This document shows positions 25,643 to 40,170 of a DNA stretch of 64,000 nt, piece by piece. This stretch comes from Styela clava (taxonomy: Eukaryota). The position numbers and the translations under genes are program-made. The DNA is taken from assembly GCF_964204865.1 (NCBI RefSeq), contig NC_135251.1, positions 19,282,001-19,346,000 of the forward strand, written 5' to 3'. The first letter of the stretch is position 1, and each line of letters opens with the position of its first letter. The notes under the pieces were generated by a model that saw nothing but the letters and a program-made list of their open reading frames with translations, made no database searches and had not been told where the DNA came from.

Positions 25643-28600
25643 CTAAGAAATAAAATGAAATGTAGGCTACTTTTAGAGCAGAATCCAAGATACAAGAAAA
25701 CATTAGAAATAGCTATAGCATGAAATAAAATTATGAGGATGTCTTTGGGAGAAGTGAATTTTTTAATATGTAGTCTGGATTTTCTGTATTGTATAAATGT
25801 TTTTTTTTAATGTTTTGCAGTTTGTAAACCAAGTATACGACCACCTAGGGTTTTCATCAACTAGGTGGCCGTTTAGGAAAATCACTGGGAACGATGATCG
25901 TTATCGATAGTCCGTGGATGCAAAAGTTGTTGTTGTTGTGATAGAATACATATGTATAAGTAAAAGATGTTTGAGACGTGAGAAATATAGATCAAGAGTA
26001 ACTCAATCAGAGGAGACAGAGAGTAACCACATAATAGCCCAAATTTGTATTGAATATACAGTAATAATAATCTCTAGATCCTAAAATATTTACTAACACA
26101 GTAATAGCTACATACCCGTTTTTACCAAAGCTGAAACACTCATCATTATTGCAATAAAGGGTATAGAAGTTATGGAGTTCATCTCTTTCTTCACTTGAAT
26201 TTCCGCCCCTTCGATCAAAATTTGTTATATATATAAACTCAAACCAGTTTTTGTAACTTTTGCTATATTTTCGATTACAACTCCACTCAGCATTAAATTA
26301 TGCGATTTATAATTATATTATCGACATAGTTTCTGCACGGTAAAAATTTATTAAAAAAAACATTTGAAAAATTAAAAAAACATATACATTACACTCTTAC
26401 TCACAAAGCACATTGTTAGTTTACCTAGAAGTTAGCATTACTGCTTCAGAATTTTTCTTTGTGTAAAACCTCTTCTCGATGTCCAGCACCTTATTGAAAA
26501 CATCAAAAGACTAATTTTAGATGATTATCTATGTTATTGCCCAATAACGAAAAAGAAAGTACAGTTAATAAACCTCCTGTCCGCTTTTTTATGAGTTCAT
26601 AACTCTCGACCTCCCCGCGCTCTCAAAATCCTTTCACCAACTCTAGATATTTTTAAATCTATTATCGTATTCTTTTATATATATAAAAAAAAAACTAAAT
26701 TTATGAATAAATCTGTGACAAATTGACAAATAAATGAAACCTTTCTCAGCAAGTTTTTTGTCAATAATGATCCGTTTCATCAGAAACGCCTTACAAAACT
26801 TTATTGTGATTATTGTGAATTCATGAAAAATGTGACTATTGTAAAAATTGCATATTAGAAATTATTGCGTCAAAACTGGCCTTCTCAAATTTTTGTTCGC
26901 TACATACCTAAAAATAAGCATTAATAACAAAGTAAATTGCTATCAAACTATATGTGAAAGGGAACTAAAATTGTGTGAAGATTCTCTTGCACAAGATGAA
27001 AGTAAATTTAGTTGTTAATATTTTTATTTGATTGTGCGGAGAATGATGTACAATTTCATGCATTCTTCCTATTTCAAACGAATTGTAATTGCTGTTATTT
27101 TGTAAATTTTCAAAATAATATAAATTTTGTTTCCACATCACTGGAGAATTCGGAGCAGATTTTCAAATATATGTAGTATGTGCACCAACAGCAACGGATA
27201 ACAACAGGCATTGCCATAAAGGTTGTCATTCTCATTAGAACCTTGTGAGAAACATTTCCTGGAATAGAACGGTACATATTTATATTTCCCATAAAAAAGT
27301 GTATCCATATTATAACAACCTCATCAGGTTAGAGCTTCATTACGTCTCGTAGTTGATATGCATTTTTCCCTTTAGGACAGCAGTTGCCAAACTTTCGTGA
27401 ACCGCTGTTTGAGGAGCATTTTTCTCCCCCTTTTTTTTATATAGGCTACTATTATTGTTTTTGTGTGGACAACAAAAAATAAATAAATACAGATGGTCCT
27501 TTTCATTTGATATAACGTTTCGGCGCGTCAGCAAAGTTAACATAATTCTTTACCTGTGGTTGGTAATTTTGTGAACATAAATTGCTAATTTAATTTACTG
27601 TGTGAGCTTAACACTCATCAAATTTTCATCAAAATATGAGTTTCGGAATCCTACTTTTGTAGTTAAGATGTTGAGTAAAATATAAAGTTTTTGTGATTCT
27701 ACTAATGAGAGCATAATTCAAGGAGCAAAAAGTACTGAAACCACTAAAAAAATGAGGAAATGCATGTCAAAAACAGTCGTCGAACAAAGACATCGCTCTC
27801 AACAGTATTCATTTCTGATGGGTGTCACATTATATGTTATTCTGCTCATTTTGATGTGAGATATGTACCTATTCTGCAAACAATGAATATTATTACACGA
27901 TATTATGGCAAACAATGAGCCATGCTATTTTGAAGCAAGGAAATCTATATTTTATAGGAATGTTATAATGGAAATTTTGTGGGATAGCATCGAAAACTGA
28001 ACATGCATGAATGGGCCTGTACTGGATGTAACATGAAAATATGTCCCATCAACAAGCCTTGGTGGCAAGGTCCGTTAACATATTTGTTCCATGAACACAG
28101 CAAAGCTATGCATTTCTTTGGCGAACAATACATTGCACACTGAAGTACACGACCAAATGCGACAAAACACGTGTCACAGTTTTGCGCGAGTGGAGTGTTT
28201 AGAAAAATATGGACAAGCGTGGTAAAAATTTCCAAAATTTTATTGATTATTTCAGACAATGTAAATATATTGGTGAAACAGACCAGACAAAATTTGATTG
28301 ATCAGATATTGAAACTGAGGCCATATTTGAATTAACACAAGTACCATTAAGCGCTGCACTTTGAATTTTTCGAATCCACAATCAGAATCACAAAGCAGGC
28401 CCGTTGCTAACAACGACTTCATCAATACATAATTAAAGAGGGTCGTCAGAATAAATTAGTAAATTGCAAATAGAATAAAGTTAGTTTTGCCAATTGCTTA
28501 ATAATTGCCGGTCTCTCTGATGTTTTTTTTATCTATATTTATATGAGTTTAAGATGTTTGTGCATAACAATAATACAATCATGACCATGTAAGGATGCTT

Positions 28601-30364
28601 TGTATCTTGTGTACAAAGCCCCCGCCACTAGTGCAAAAATGTGAGTATTGAGAAAAACACCTTCGATACGTTTTAAAATAACAAATTAGTAATTATCGAG
28701 TTCGGACTAAGAATGATTTGAAAATTTGAATTTTTAGCGCAATCTGCATTCCTAGCCTCCCCCTAACTGGATAATTACCAATTTTTTTTTATAGAGAGCG
28801 GTGGCAGGGGTGTTTTTTATCTGGGGCTTTGTGCAAAAGATCCGATGTTTTTATTATCGGAAACATAGAAATGACTTAGGCCTATATTTACAGCCACCTG
28901 ACCTATTTAAATTTTTGCCGATGGCAAGTTTAATTTTCCAGTTGACTGTGAAAGGACTGCAATTAGCCAATATTTGCATAGAAGATAACGCGTACACTTG
29001 CACAAAACCACAGCCCTATGTTACAATGCTATCAACAAAACAAAATCAGTACATATATTTGCCAAGGCGTAAAAAAATAACTGGTATTTCATATATAATA
29101 CAGTGTTTTGAACTTTTGTTCATACGATCCCTAGTCCAACAAAAAGGTCATACGCGTTTAAATGAAATATACGCTGAACTGTTGACTATTAGCCAACATC
29201 GAGTTTTTTGCAATTGGCAGAACTATAAACATACATAGATAGCCAAAGTTATATTTCTGAGAATATACCCAAATTTCATACAATCTGAAAAAAAAATTGT
29301 GATGTGAAAAATTTGTATTGTTTTAATTTAGTTTATTTTTGGGCCTCCATAAAGACTTACCATATCGACTATCGAGAAATAAAATATAATAATAATCTCA
29401 AATTATTTTTGTTCTGACATATTCAATTACCTGCCCATTGAGGTTATTTAACAAATTTTTCCCCGGGATTGAGATAACTTTGAAAACACGGACATGTACA
29501 CACAATTTTATCTACTGTGTTGTCCGTATTATAGCCATAACCTTATAAGTTACACAAACATGCCGTTCCCACAAATGACGTACAGGTTGGTATTCAGAAA
29601 TCTTTATTTTATATCGTACCAATGCCATGACATTTGAGACTAGATCAACCTCGTTTGCCCTGTTGTGGATTGATCAAATCTTGGCCATCGTTAAAATGTG
29701 AACCATAAAACTACTTACCAAGAATTATCATTACTTGGAACGTGCGTTATAAAAATACTTTATGGTAAATTGATATTCCAGATCACAATCAACGTGGCCA
29801 CATGTAAAATTGCTTTTTACTTCAGAGATAACCATTGTTACTCGCAGTTTTATTTCATTTCAGATTTAGTCTACTTTATTTTAGTACTACTTTTATTTAT
29901 TCTAGTTGCGTTAGAATTTGTTTCATTCAATTCAAAAGAAGCATTCGTAGAAGTATATTAGAAGAGTAGAGTAGGGACATAAACAATCAGACACTTATAT
30001 ACCTAGGAGTTGATATATTTTGTCCGTGTGGAATATTTCGGGACATACCATGTTATTGCACCATGGCGGGCATGTTACTTCAAAGAGATACCTTCATTTG
30101 ATTTTACATTATAAAGTCATTTGGAAATATTGTCTTAGCTTTTGAAGTGGCCCGCTGCAAAGGTCCTAATGTATCTAGGAAATGTTGTACAATCATTTAC
30201 TGGTCTGGATTCTGGAACACTAGTTCTCATTGTAGCTGCAACTTGGCCCCACATTGTTCTTTTCGCAAACTATCAGGTTAGAGATCATTGGTCCGCACCC
30301 CCTATACTACCGATGCACAAACTTTTGTATCTATTGGCACACTCATATAAAACGTACTTATCAC

Positions 30365-30906
30365 TAGGGATGGCGGAATCGAGTCCGGATTCGATTACAG
30401 AATCGATTCTTCGCGGAATCGACTAGAATCGATTCCGATGCACCGGAATCGATTCTCGAGTTTGAAACTTGGATTGCAAACAATGTGTAACGTTTTGTGG
30501 CAATTTCTTCACATATATATATGTATAAACTGCTTCACTGCTATGTTGAGTTGCTACGACAACGCAAACTTCACTATATATAATATATATATTATAAATA
30601 TCGCTAGTAGGCTTTAACGTTTATTTATTTTAAAAATCTTTGTGGGTTCTGAGGGATTCGTTTTTATTTTGTGCGGTTTTGTCTCATGTGGCAGATTGGA
30701 TAGCCATACTACTTAGTTTCGGCCTTCTTGTCCGTCCAGAATTTGAACATCGCTGTCTTGCTTGATTTCATATGGTATTGCTTGGGTGGGTATATTTTTT
30801 CGGTAATATGTCGAGGAATCGAGATTCGGAATCGAGAATCGGAATCGAAAATTTAGGAATCGGATAAGAATCGAATACTTGTAAGTACTCATACTTGGCA
30901 TCCTTA
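30365..30906. mobile_element. hAT-like MITE with GAATC subterminal arrays
   Basis: TAGGGATGGC ... GGCATCCTTA termini, dense GAATCG/CGATTC repeats at both ends, TTATCAC on both flanks. Confidence 0.65.
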
Positions 30907-33900
30907 CGTTATCACTAAACAAAGTTCCCTGAAATCGGTTTTGCGGTGAATGTGTCTTATTGAGAGTAGATTTGAATGAAGCAAATATCCACCGTTGCCA
31001 AGCATAGAGCACGAGTAGTTCATCTTCAATTTTAGCACGTTTTTTTCATTTCTTAGTTTTTAATTTCTGTCAGAGCAGAAAATTCATATTCGTGGAAACA
31101 TGAAAGTCAAATGACAACGCTATTTTAAGGCTTGAAACTGAGCATTGAATATAATGATATAATGTGTAAGGTGAAACATACAAGAGATAAATTCAAGCAG
31201 ATTTAGTTGAATATTGAGCGACAGAAAACAAATATTTGAAACTTTAAATGAATAATACGATATTTGATCAGACTAAACACAATTACTTTCGGTGGCGTAC
31301 TTAAAAAATCTTCACCGCACAATAACGTGGCGCGAAATACCGTTCAAAAAGGCTGCCATACGCGCGAAATTTAATTTAAAAAATACGACAACGACAGCGC
31401 GCTCGCTACATACAAAGTTTTCGATTGGGATAACAACAAGTGTACAGGTAATTATAGTTCAAGAACGATTTTTTACCAAATAACAACTCACGAACGTAGC
31501 ATCGATCTGGAAAGCACATTTAAATCGGCGTAATACCGCCAAATTTCTGGCTCCTTGTGTGTTTTCACGAACTGACCTATTAATAGATGAAATGCTACGT
31601 ACTGTCTTATTTGCAAAATGCAAAAAATAAAGATAATGTAATTGAAGTGAAATGCCATTTTTACGCCAAAATATGAGTCAATTCTAAACTTAAACAGGCG
31701 ATGAACGCCGCGACGTTGATGTCAAACGTTTAATATTGTTTGTGAGTCACAGAAATATTAGTACGCCAGATAGAAAATAACTAACAACCTAGTATTTAAA
31801 GAATTAGAACACCAGAAGAGGAAATATCATACTTTTTAGCTACGTGATTGGAGTCTATTACAGAAGTTGTCAAATGAATAGGTTATCACAATATCGGTTT
31901 GTGAGCGAGGAGGGCCTTAAATGTCGATTGGGACGATCCATATTCTCCATTCATAATCATAACGTAGTTGCTTCGGAATTTGACCCAGCGTATAATTTTG
32001 AATCAAAATGCGAGTTAGTCGTTATGAAGCAGTCTGTTCAAATTGATATTTGTAGTTCCACTTTGAATTAATTGAGAAGTCAATACCGACTGCTAAATAC
32101 ATTAGTTTCGAAATTTGTTCACCTTTTATGATTCGAATTGAGACAATAAATTAATTTAATTGTAATAAAAACGTCTGTGGGGTAGACATATAGGCCGGAA
32201 ATACAGGAGAAATTCACTACTGTAAATATCATTAAATACACGGTCACATTCTAATACGTCGATGGTACCTGTCTGTATCTCAAAATGTGCTTTGTGGCTT
32301 GTTATATTTTAAAAATTTGCCAGCAGCAAGTTTTCTAGAACTGTCTATGAGAACCGTACCCCTACAAAATCTACTTCCATATCGAATAAGTTCAATTGCA
32401 TTCTCTTCATTCGTTAGTCGGCTGGTGATGTGTATTATGATGTTTAGTGATGTAAAACATACTTCATTATATGCAATATATAAAAGTATTTTTATTAAGC
32501 TGTATTACATTATTGATGGAACCAATTCCAGTTTATTCGAACAGAAGTTGAAATAAAAGGTATATAACTGTTGTGAAGAAGTATTAACAGGAATATATCT
32601 CGGGGGCACTGAATATGTGTCAATATATCTGTGATTTACAAGTCCATTTAGTAGTCGAGTGAAAATAATATAGGACAAATGAGCTCGATCACATAGGCAT
32701 ATCCGCTACGTATTGCATTCAGTTTTCAAAACGTTCGATCACTCATTCCAGCCCGAGTCTCATGTTACATTTATAGCGTCATCAAACAATAATTTGAATA
32801 AGTTATTATGCAAATCGAAACGAACAACGCGTTGTGTGAAATATTCCATACCCACTCATCTGTATGTACAAAGTATGCATTTATAATCAAATTTAATCCT
32901 CATTGAGCAATCTTCTCAAAATGATTTCGCGTACTTTTGTTTGGCTTGAGTGAAATGTAATTTTGCTAATCTACGTATGTTCCTTTGATATGTTTGATTT
33001 CATACGAAATATTTTTATTCAACTCAGCTCGATGGCCCAATTGAGTGCACAAGCTGGCGGTAATTGCATATGTGCCCTTTAATTTCAGATGGTAACATTT
33101 CATAAACAATTCAAATTTTTAGGCTGATGCATCCTTTTAAAAACAAGCTAATAAACAATCAATTAAATCAAACATTGATTTAAACATTTATCGGACTACA
33201 AAAACAACCTACTGCCCAAAATCCAGATCAATTTTACACAAAATTGACTAAAGTTCTTTTTTGCGCCTTTACTAATAATAGATTGATTCTGTATTGATAT
33301 TGGATCGGAAATGAGTAATAAAGCTTTAATTAACAATGTAAAGTTCAAATACGTGCTTGGCCAGATTTTAGAATCCGATCGTAAGATGGACATAATTCGT
33401 ATCACGAATGACGTTGTAATGATGACTAAGAGACAAAAATATCAAAATGTTTCGTTTTGGTCTGGAATCTTGCTTTTGATATTGAGACATCAAAATTTCA
33501 TTTACGCTTGTACTCAAAACGTGAACACGTCAATACTAAGATATTGAAACGTACAAAATAATTTTTAAAGAATACATTTGGGCGCTTAGCAAAAGCATCA
33601 CGCACGTCATCAAGCGCGATGCCAGTCATGAATAAGACAGCGATTCATGACGCAATAAGATCGTTCGCTTCCAAAATAAGAAGCATATGGTGATGTTTTT
33701 ATTATAAACTTGTTATTTTAGTGTTATGGAGCATATGACAATATGCATGCGGAACAAAAGGTTAGCAGAAGAGTAACTCAGTAATAAAATATTACACTTG
33801 GAAGGTTAGGAAAGATAGTCGGAAATATTATTATGTGAGCAATCGTAATAACACAGTTATAACAGATTATTCTTATATATTTATGCCATTTGTAATTATT

Positions 33901-34785
33901 TTAAAATGGAAATTCAATATTTCATGACATAGAAATATTACTCTTATGTTTCTTAAAATATTTCGTTTGTTTGTGCAATTCATAGTAAGGGCAGGCAGCC
34001 GGACCGAAAATCTTGGCACAAATTACAACTGCGTGCCATTAAGAGTTGGAAATGGTATTCTTCGCACATCCGTTTTTGAATTACCAGATCTTATACATTA
34101 TGGGGGCAATACTTACGAGATTCTGATGACACATAAGCGACAATCCTAATTTTCTAATAACTACTTAACGCCAAAACTTAAACCAGTTCATCATGCTATT
34201 GAAAACGGCCAATGGCTGGGAATTGCTGTTATAGCTCTAAAGTGAAAGTAATTTGCTAATCCGTAAGTATTTTATATATGCAGCAGAAATAAGTCAATAA
34301 ATGCCCACTAGCCGTATTCGCCATACTGAATTCTGTATCATAGTATTATGGTTAAATATTTCTAGGTAAAGGACTGATGCTAAATCTGCTACAATTTGTA
34401 TTATTAGATATATAATATGCAGGATATTGATATCTAATGAAGAACTTCGTAATATCTTATTACTTTTTATTCCATTAAAACTAAATTTTTCGCTGGAATT
34501 TGACTAAGAAATCGCAAACACAAGCTTATGTGAGAATAGGAATATGTAAACAGAGCCCAGAGAGCGGGCTTGAAAATAAAGTGTTCGAAAGAAATCCAAA
34601 AAGCGAAGGTAATATGAATAAATAACAGATAATTGTATTTAGTTAATTCTACAGGTTAATTTCACTTTATAGAAAATTATTCGTTCAGATTTCAGTTTTG
34701 GCTTGTAGTCACATTAACGTATTCTTTTCCTTTTACAATATTTACTATTTTAGTGAAAACTGGTTTATCCTTATCACTGTAAAAT

Positions 34786-37376
34786 ATGAAAATGTTTATT
34801 AGGTTATGTTTAATTGTTGCCCTTTTGGAATCACAACAACTATGTATACAAGCACAAAACGGGGTAATTTCGAACACTGATATGTTGGAAACAAATAAAA
34901 CTCAAACTACCTCTACAACCTATGTTACCACAACATTAGCCTCAAAAAATATAAAATCAACAAAGAAGACATTAACTGGACAGAACAAGCTCGCAAACAG
35001 CACAAACAAACCGATATCCGTAACCTCGACAAGGACTAAAAATTCGACAAGACACAAATTCCAAAACTCCACAGAAGCAATATATGTTTTTGAACGCTGG
35101 CATTGTTACGACACGCATAAGCCAAATTCATCAGCTCTTGATCGATGTTGCCGGGCGGAAATGCGACGTTACGAATCAAGGTGGTCAAATGGAGGCTATT
35201 ACCTGACAACCATTTTAGACCGATTGCAGAGATGGGGATGCTACCAATTTGAATATGAATGCAAAGAACCAACGTGGAATTTTTCTGAATACACATCTCT
35301 CATATACGATAGATTTTGTAATCACACTGTTTTAGAAGAGAAATGTGTAAAGACTGTTCAACAAGTTGTTCAAAGTTATGGTTTTATTGAACCCCTACCT
35401 CGTAAAAACAAAATTACTGAAGCGAGATGGCTGGTACTTGCCGAGTCTCTGGTTTCATCGGAAATGCATCTTCGAGATTTAGTCAAACCTTGCATCCAAG
35501 TTGCACTTTTCGACAAAAAAGACGGCGGAGTTGGAAGGTTTCATGAAATCGTTGAAGCTTATTTTCCCTTCTGCGGAATACAATGGAATGGATACGATTA
35601 CGACACGGCTATGTATCGCGATGTTTCCCCGTGGACTGGAGCTTCATTGTGGTGAGTCCTAGTAAAGCATGTGATATCGAAGTGTCGTACGAGAAAGCTA
35701 ATCACAATATCAGTTTTTTAAAACTAAACTTCTAATATTTATAAACAGACAGTGTCTTATCCTGTTTTTTTCTTTTGTCTATTTTTCTCTTATAAAATAT
35801 ATATTGTAAATGCTCGCACTAATTCGATTTTAAAAATGTTTTCAGGTGCAGGGGAACCATGACTATTTTCCTTGTTATGATGGCGATTGTTGGGTTCACA
35901 ACACTAATTGCAAACATTGTGATCTTGGGTGTATTTGCAGTCACACCAAAATTAAGAAATAGTCAGGCTATATACAAAATCTCTCTTGCAATTGCAGATT
36001 TATGTGTTGGGCTTGTTATCTGGCCAAATATGATTGCTATGCAATATTTGACGTTTTTTGCACCAAGACAAATGGGAAGAATTGTACCTCATCCGTCCAC
36101 AGCAGAAAATGACACATGGGTCGCACATTTTCCCTTCGGTAACAACAGTCTTGTTCATCGTTTTCCCGGAGGAACGTTTGGACAAAGATTTCCTCGCCCT
36201 TATATTGTTTTTACTGGATTTTTCACTATATTAGTTTTGTTTGTATCTATCTACACATTGATGTGGGGAAGTTTCGACAGATTTTGGGCAGTTTTTCGTC
36301 CTCTCAGATACAACAAACATAACGCAAAACGTCAAGCCAAAATTGCATGTGCAGCACTATGGGGAGTGTCAATTTTTCTGGCTGTTTTGCCTACGTTTAT
36401 CAAACAAATCCAATATAATGTTATTTCATCCTTATTTATTGCGTCATCTGGATTAACCTCACTCGTTTTACTGTTCTTCGGTTTGTTACTTCCTTTGGTA
36501 ATAACTTGGATCGTGACAATTTTCACGTTCGAAACGTCGAAAAAACACGCAAGAAATCGTGAGAGAATTGTCTCGAGTTCTTCCAACTCTGACGCATTGG
36601 AAAGGCGACTTGCTCGAACTTTGTCACTTATGGTCTTAGTTTTCACAATCTGCATTCTACCCGCAATGGCTTGTATCATTGCCGGATTTATATTGCCTCA
36701 AACGGCAATGAACGACCCCAAAGATTTGAACGTTCCAGTTGAAAGGGCTTACACCTCAGCAGAATACATTTCAGTCATCTTATTAACATCAAACAGTCTA
36801 TGGAACTGCTTTATATACAGTTTGAGAACTCGTGGATTTCGCGAAGCATCAAAAAAGCTATACGAGGATTTCCTGGAGAAGACAAAACTAGGATATGTGC
36901 GACGTGGTGCCTTGTACGTAATTCAAGGAGCTCGACGAGTCAGCTTGTCGTCACTGTATCAAATGAGAAAAATGAGTAACGTCAGCACGTCTGACCTGCG
37001 AAAAAAGAGCGTAACATCATTATCGACGAATATAACAAAGATTTCAGAGACGGGTTCGTCTGGACCACGACCAAGCGTAGATATGACTTCAACTTCAGTA
37101 TACATTGGTTCGTCTACCAATTCAAATGCTTATTCCGCCCAATATAAGAAAAAAGACAATAAAGGAGGCAGAAAACAGTCTTCGGCTGGAATAGTTGAAC
37201 TAAGAGTCGAACGCAAGAAACAACAAATAGAAGAAGACAACGAAGCGTATGTTGGTGATGATTCTACATTTGGATCCTTCGCAATCGATACAGGAGCTGA
37301 TCGATTCTTCCATTCTGTTATGGAAAACGTAGAAGAAGGAGTTGAAGAAGAGGAAAATGCTGAAAAGAAAACTTGA
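34786..37376 (+). CDS. Class A (rhodopsin-like) orphan GPCR with signal peptide, Thr/Ser-rich stalk and Cys-rich ectodomain; 2 exons, 798 aa
   Basis: Exon 1 34786-35651 (donor GTGAGT) and exon 2 35846-37376 (acceptor TTTTCAG) join in frame as ASLW-CRGT-MTIF. TM motifs: ANIVIL, SLAIADLCVG, SFDRFWAVFRPLRY, FTICILP, NSLWNCFIY. Long Ser-rich, acidic C-tail. Confidence 0.88.
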
Positions 37377-39651
37377 GTGAAAACACGGAGAAATAAAAAT
37401 TTGAATTTCATTGTCAGCTTTAAAAAAAGAAAAAATACGATTTGAATTCACGGGATAAACACCAAGCAATGATGCTTATAAATTGCTCGATGATAAAACA
37501 GAATTTCCAGTTTGAACGGGTACATGTAGACCAGGGTGGTCCAAACTCTGGCATACTGATAGATTCCGTGCGGCTCACAGAACAATTTTAGCTTATATTT
37601 GTACGCGAACAAACATTAGGTAATAACATAAAGTGGAGTGATTGGAATCATTATTTTCGTAGGCAAGATCGCAGAAAGCGATAAGTACTTTTTTTGTAAA
37701 ACCTAATTTGTAAAACCGTTTTGAAATAACTTTTAAAAAAAGAGAAATTTTCTTTTAATATGCATGGAAGTTATTTCAAAGCAAAGTTACCGACAGTAGA
37801 CTAACAAAGAAAGGTTGGATATATAAAATATACATAATATAGATTATATATTTTTTATCAAATGTGATGCCAAATATACCGCTTGCCACAGGTTCCCAAT
37901 CTCATGGCGCCTTTACTTTCTTTTGGTCTTTGAGTCTTGTACATTGGAATTCATATTTGAGGAAGTATTTTACAATACAGATGTATATATTTATGGTATT
38001 ATCTTTATTATTTATATTGATGAAAGCGGCTACTAATCGATAAGGATTCATTTTTATAATTAAATACCCAGTATATACATTGTATTGTCCGTAAAGCATA
38101 TCGTGAATATATATTACAAAGTTGGTTCAAATTGAAACAAAACGTAAAATATGAATTATACAGGATTTGTGTGTTGGGGAATGTCAAAATTTTATGACGT
38201 GAGAAATTGTGCATTTTCATGATTTTGCTATATATGCAGTTGATTTAATGAGTTTCTGATTAAAACAAAAATATTAAAGTATTGTCTTTAACTATGTTTC
38301 TTGCACTGTTTGATTACTATACACTGTTATCGAAGTCAGTATAATTACGGTTGTTTACAGAAGCATTCAATTTCTCTCGTAACTCCTGATATATACTTAT
38401 TGTTTTTGCTTTGAGATAGCACCTAAAAGTAATTATCCATTGACATCTGGTTGAACTTTGCTAAATTGTTCTATTAGTGGGAATAATTTTGTGTCCTATA
38501 TAAATATTTTGTTTCTCGTAGGGGTGTGTCTAGAGGGAGGGGCGAAGGAGTCCCGGGCAGCACGTTATTGGGGCGAGTTTGTTGCGTAGTTTGATTATTT
38601 AAATATTAAAACACAAACATTGCATTTATACTTGACCTTTGATTTATTTATTTTCGTGTATAGAAACATATATAATTTGTTTTTTTCACAAATTTTGAAG
38701 TTAAGCATATGGGGCTGCATTATCAGAAACTCTCCCCGGACAGCAGAAAGGTTTGACGCGCCCCTGCCCGTAGCACAGTGGTCCTACTATTTAGGGTAAT
38801 CATTTCTGTTTTTTTTTTTTTATGGAAGTTTATATGTTTTCTGTTGTGGTTGACGAAAGACACGACCCTGGACGAAATGAATACATAAAAAAATCTTTTA
38901 TACTATTTAGATTATACTTGACTGTAAGCCATGTTTATATTTTTCTAATCTCGTCCTCAGATCCTGGCGTATTTTTCCATATTGTACATATTTCTCACAG
39001 ATTCATCAGGTAAATTGGATGGTCTGTATTCAGTAAAATCGGCTTGTGGCAGGTGCAATTTTCAATTCATTTATCGCAAACAGTTCTGGAAAGAACTATG
39101 CCAACAGCACAAAGTTTTTTTTTATGGAAATCATATAAACAAGAACAGGACTCAAATAAGTGTACAAAGTTCTAAACAATAAATAAAACACTGGCCGAAT
39201 ATAGGAACAAGTAGTCGCAAGCATATACTCTGACTAAAACCGAAAGGCTATTTTAATCTATATCAAAACAATAATCTAAAATACATAGATAGACTACATT
39301 GTAACTATTGGGTCACACAGTAATGTACAGTTGACTGGAAACTATTGCGTAATAATAATAATAGTAATATTATTATTTAAATGAGAGATATGCTCAAATA
39401 TGCGACCACGGAGAGCAAAACGAAATATTTTATCACCAATTCCCCGAAAATCATATGCGGTAGCTTAGCAGAACCTGTATCTGGTTGCCGTAACACTTTT
39501 ACAAGTCCTGTGACGATGATCATCTATTCTTCATAATTCCATTTCTAGCGAAAAAAAAAAATCTTGAACCATTGAAAATTTCTAAGCAATTGGTTCAGTA
39601 ATTGGAGAGAAAATCAATTTTTTCATAACGATAGGAATAATAATAATAATA

Positions 39652-40170
39652 AACAAGGGAGCTATGCTCAAATATAGTAGACGCGGAGGGCAAAACAAAA
39701 TAATTTATAACCAATTCCCCGAAAATCATATGCGGTAACTTGTCAGTACCTGAATCGAGGTACCGTGACGATACATGGACTGTCTTGCGACGATGATCCT
39801 TTCTTCATAATTCAGTTTCAACGTGAACTGAAATACCAAGTGATCCGAGTATCTATCTCCTGGTCAGGTACCGCAGTCTACCATTCCCCATACAAAACTT
39901 CCCAATATCACATGCGGTAACTTACAAGTACCTATATATATATATATATAGGGGTAACGTAACGGTATTGGACACTCATATCTTTTCCGGGCCCTGTAAC
40001 GATAATTCATTCTTCTTGATTCAGCTTTAACGTGAATTGAAATACCAACTGATCCGAGTCACTTTGTCCAAATCAGCCGGCGCCATTTTCATAACGATAA
40101 AATTCTATTTCAAAGAACAACAACAACATAATAACAAAACGATTCATAGTTACACTACGTGTTCAAAAAG
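39652..40170 (+). mobile_element. Dispersed repeat family 2 (HINE/MITE-like) with internal sub-repeats
   Basis: Begins AACAAGGGAGCTATGCTCAAATAT and ends AACAAAACGATTCATAGTTACACTACGTGTTC. Relatives at ~39380, 41437-41672 and ~21220, and inverted at ~55435 and ~62370. Confidence 0.5.

Noticed and set aside
27300-34700. Genes in the intergenic stretch
   Set aside because: Only short, low-complexity ORFs and repeat fragments; I could not build an exon chain.
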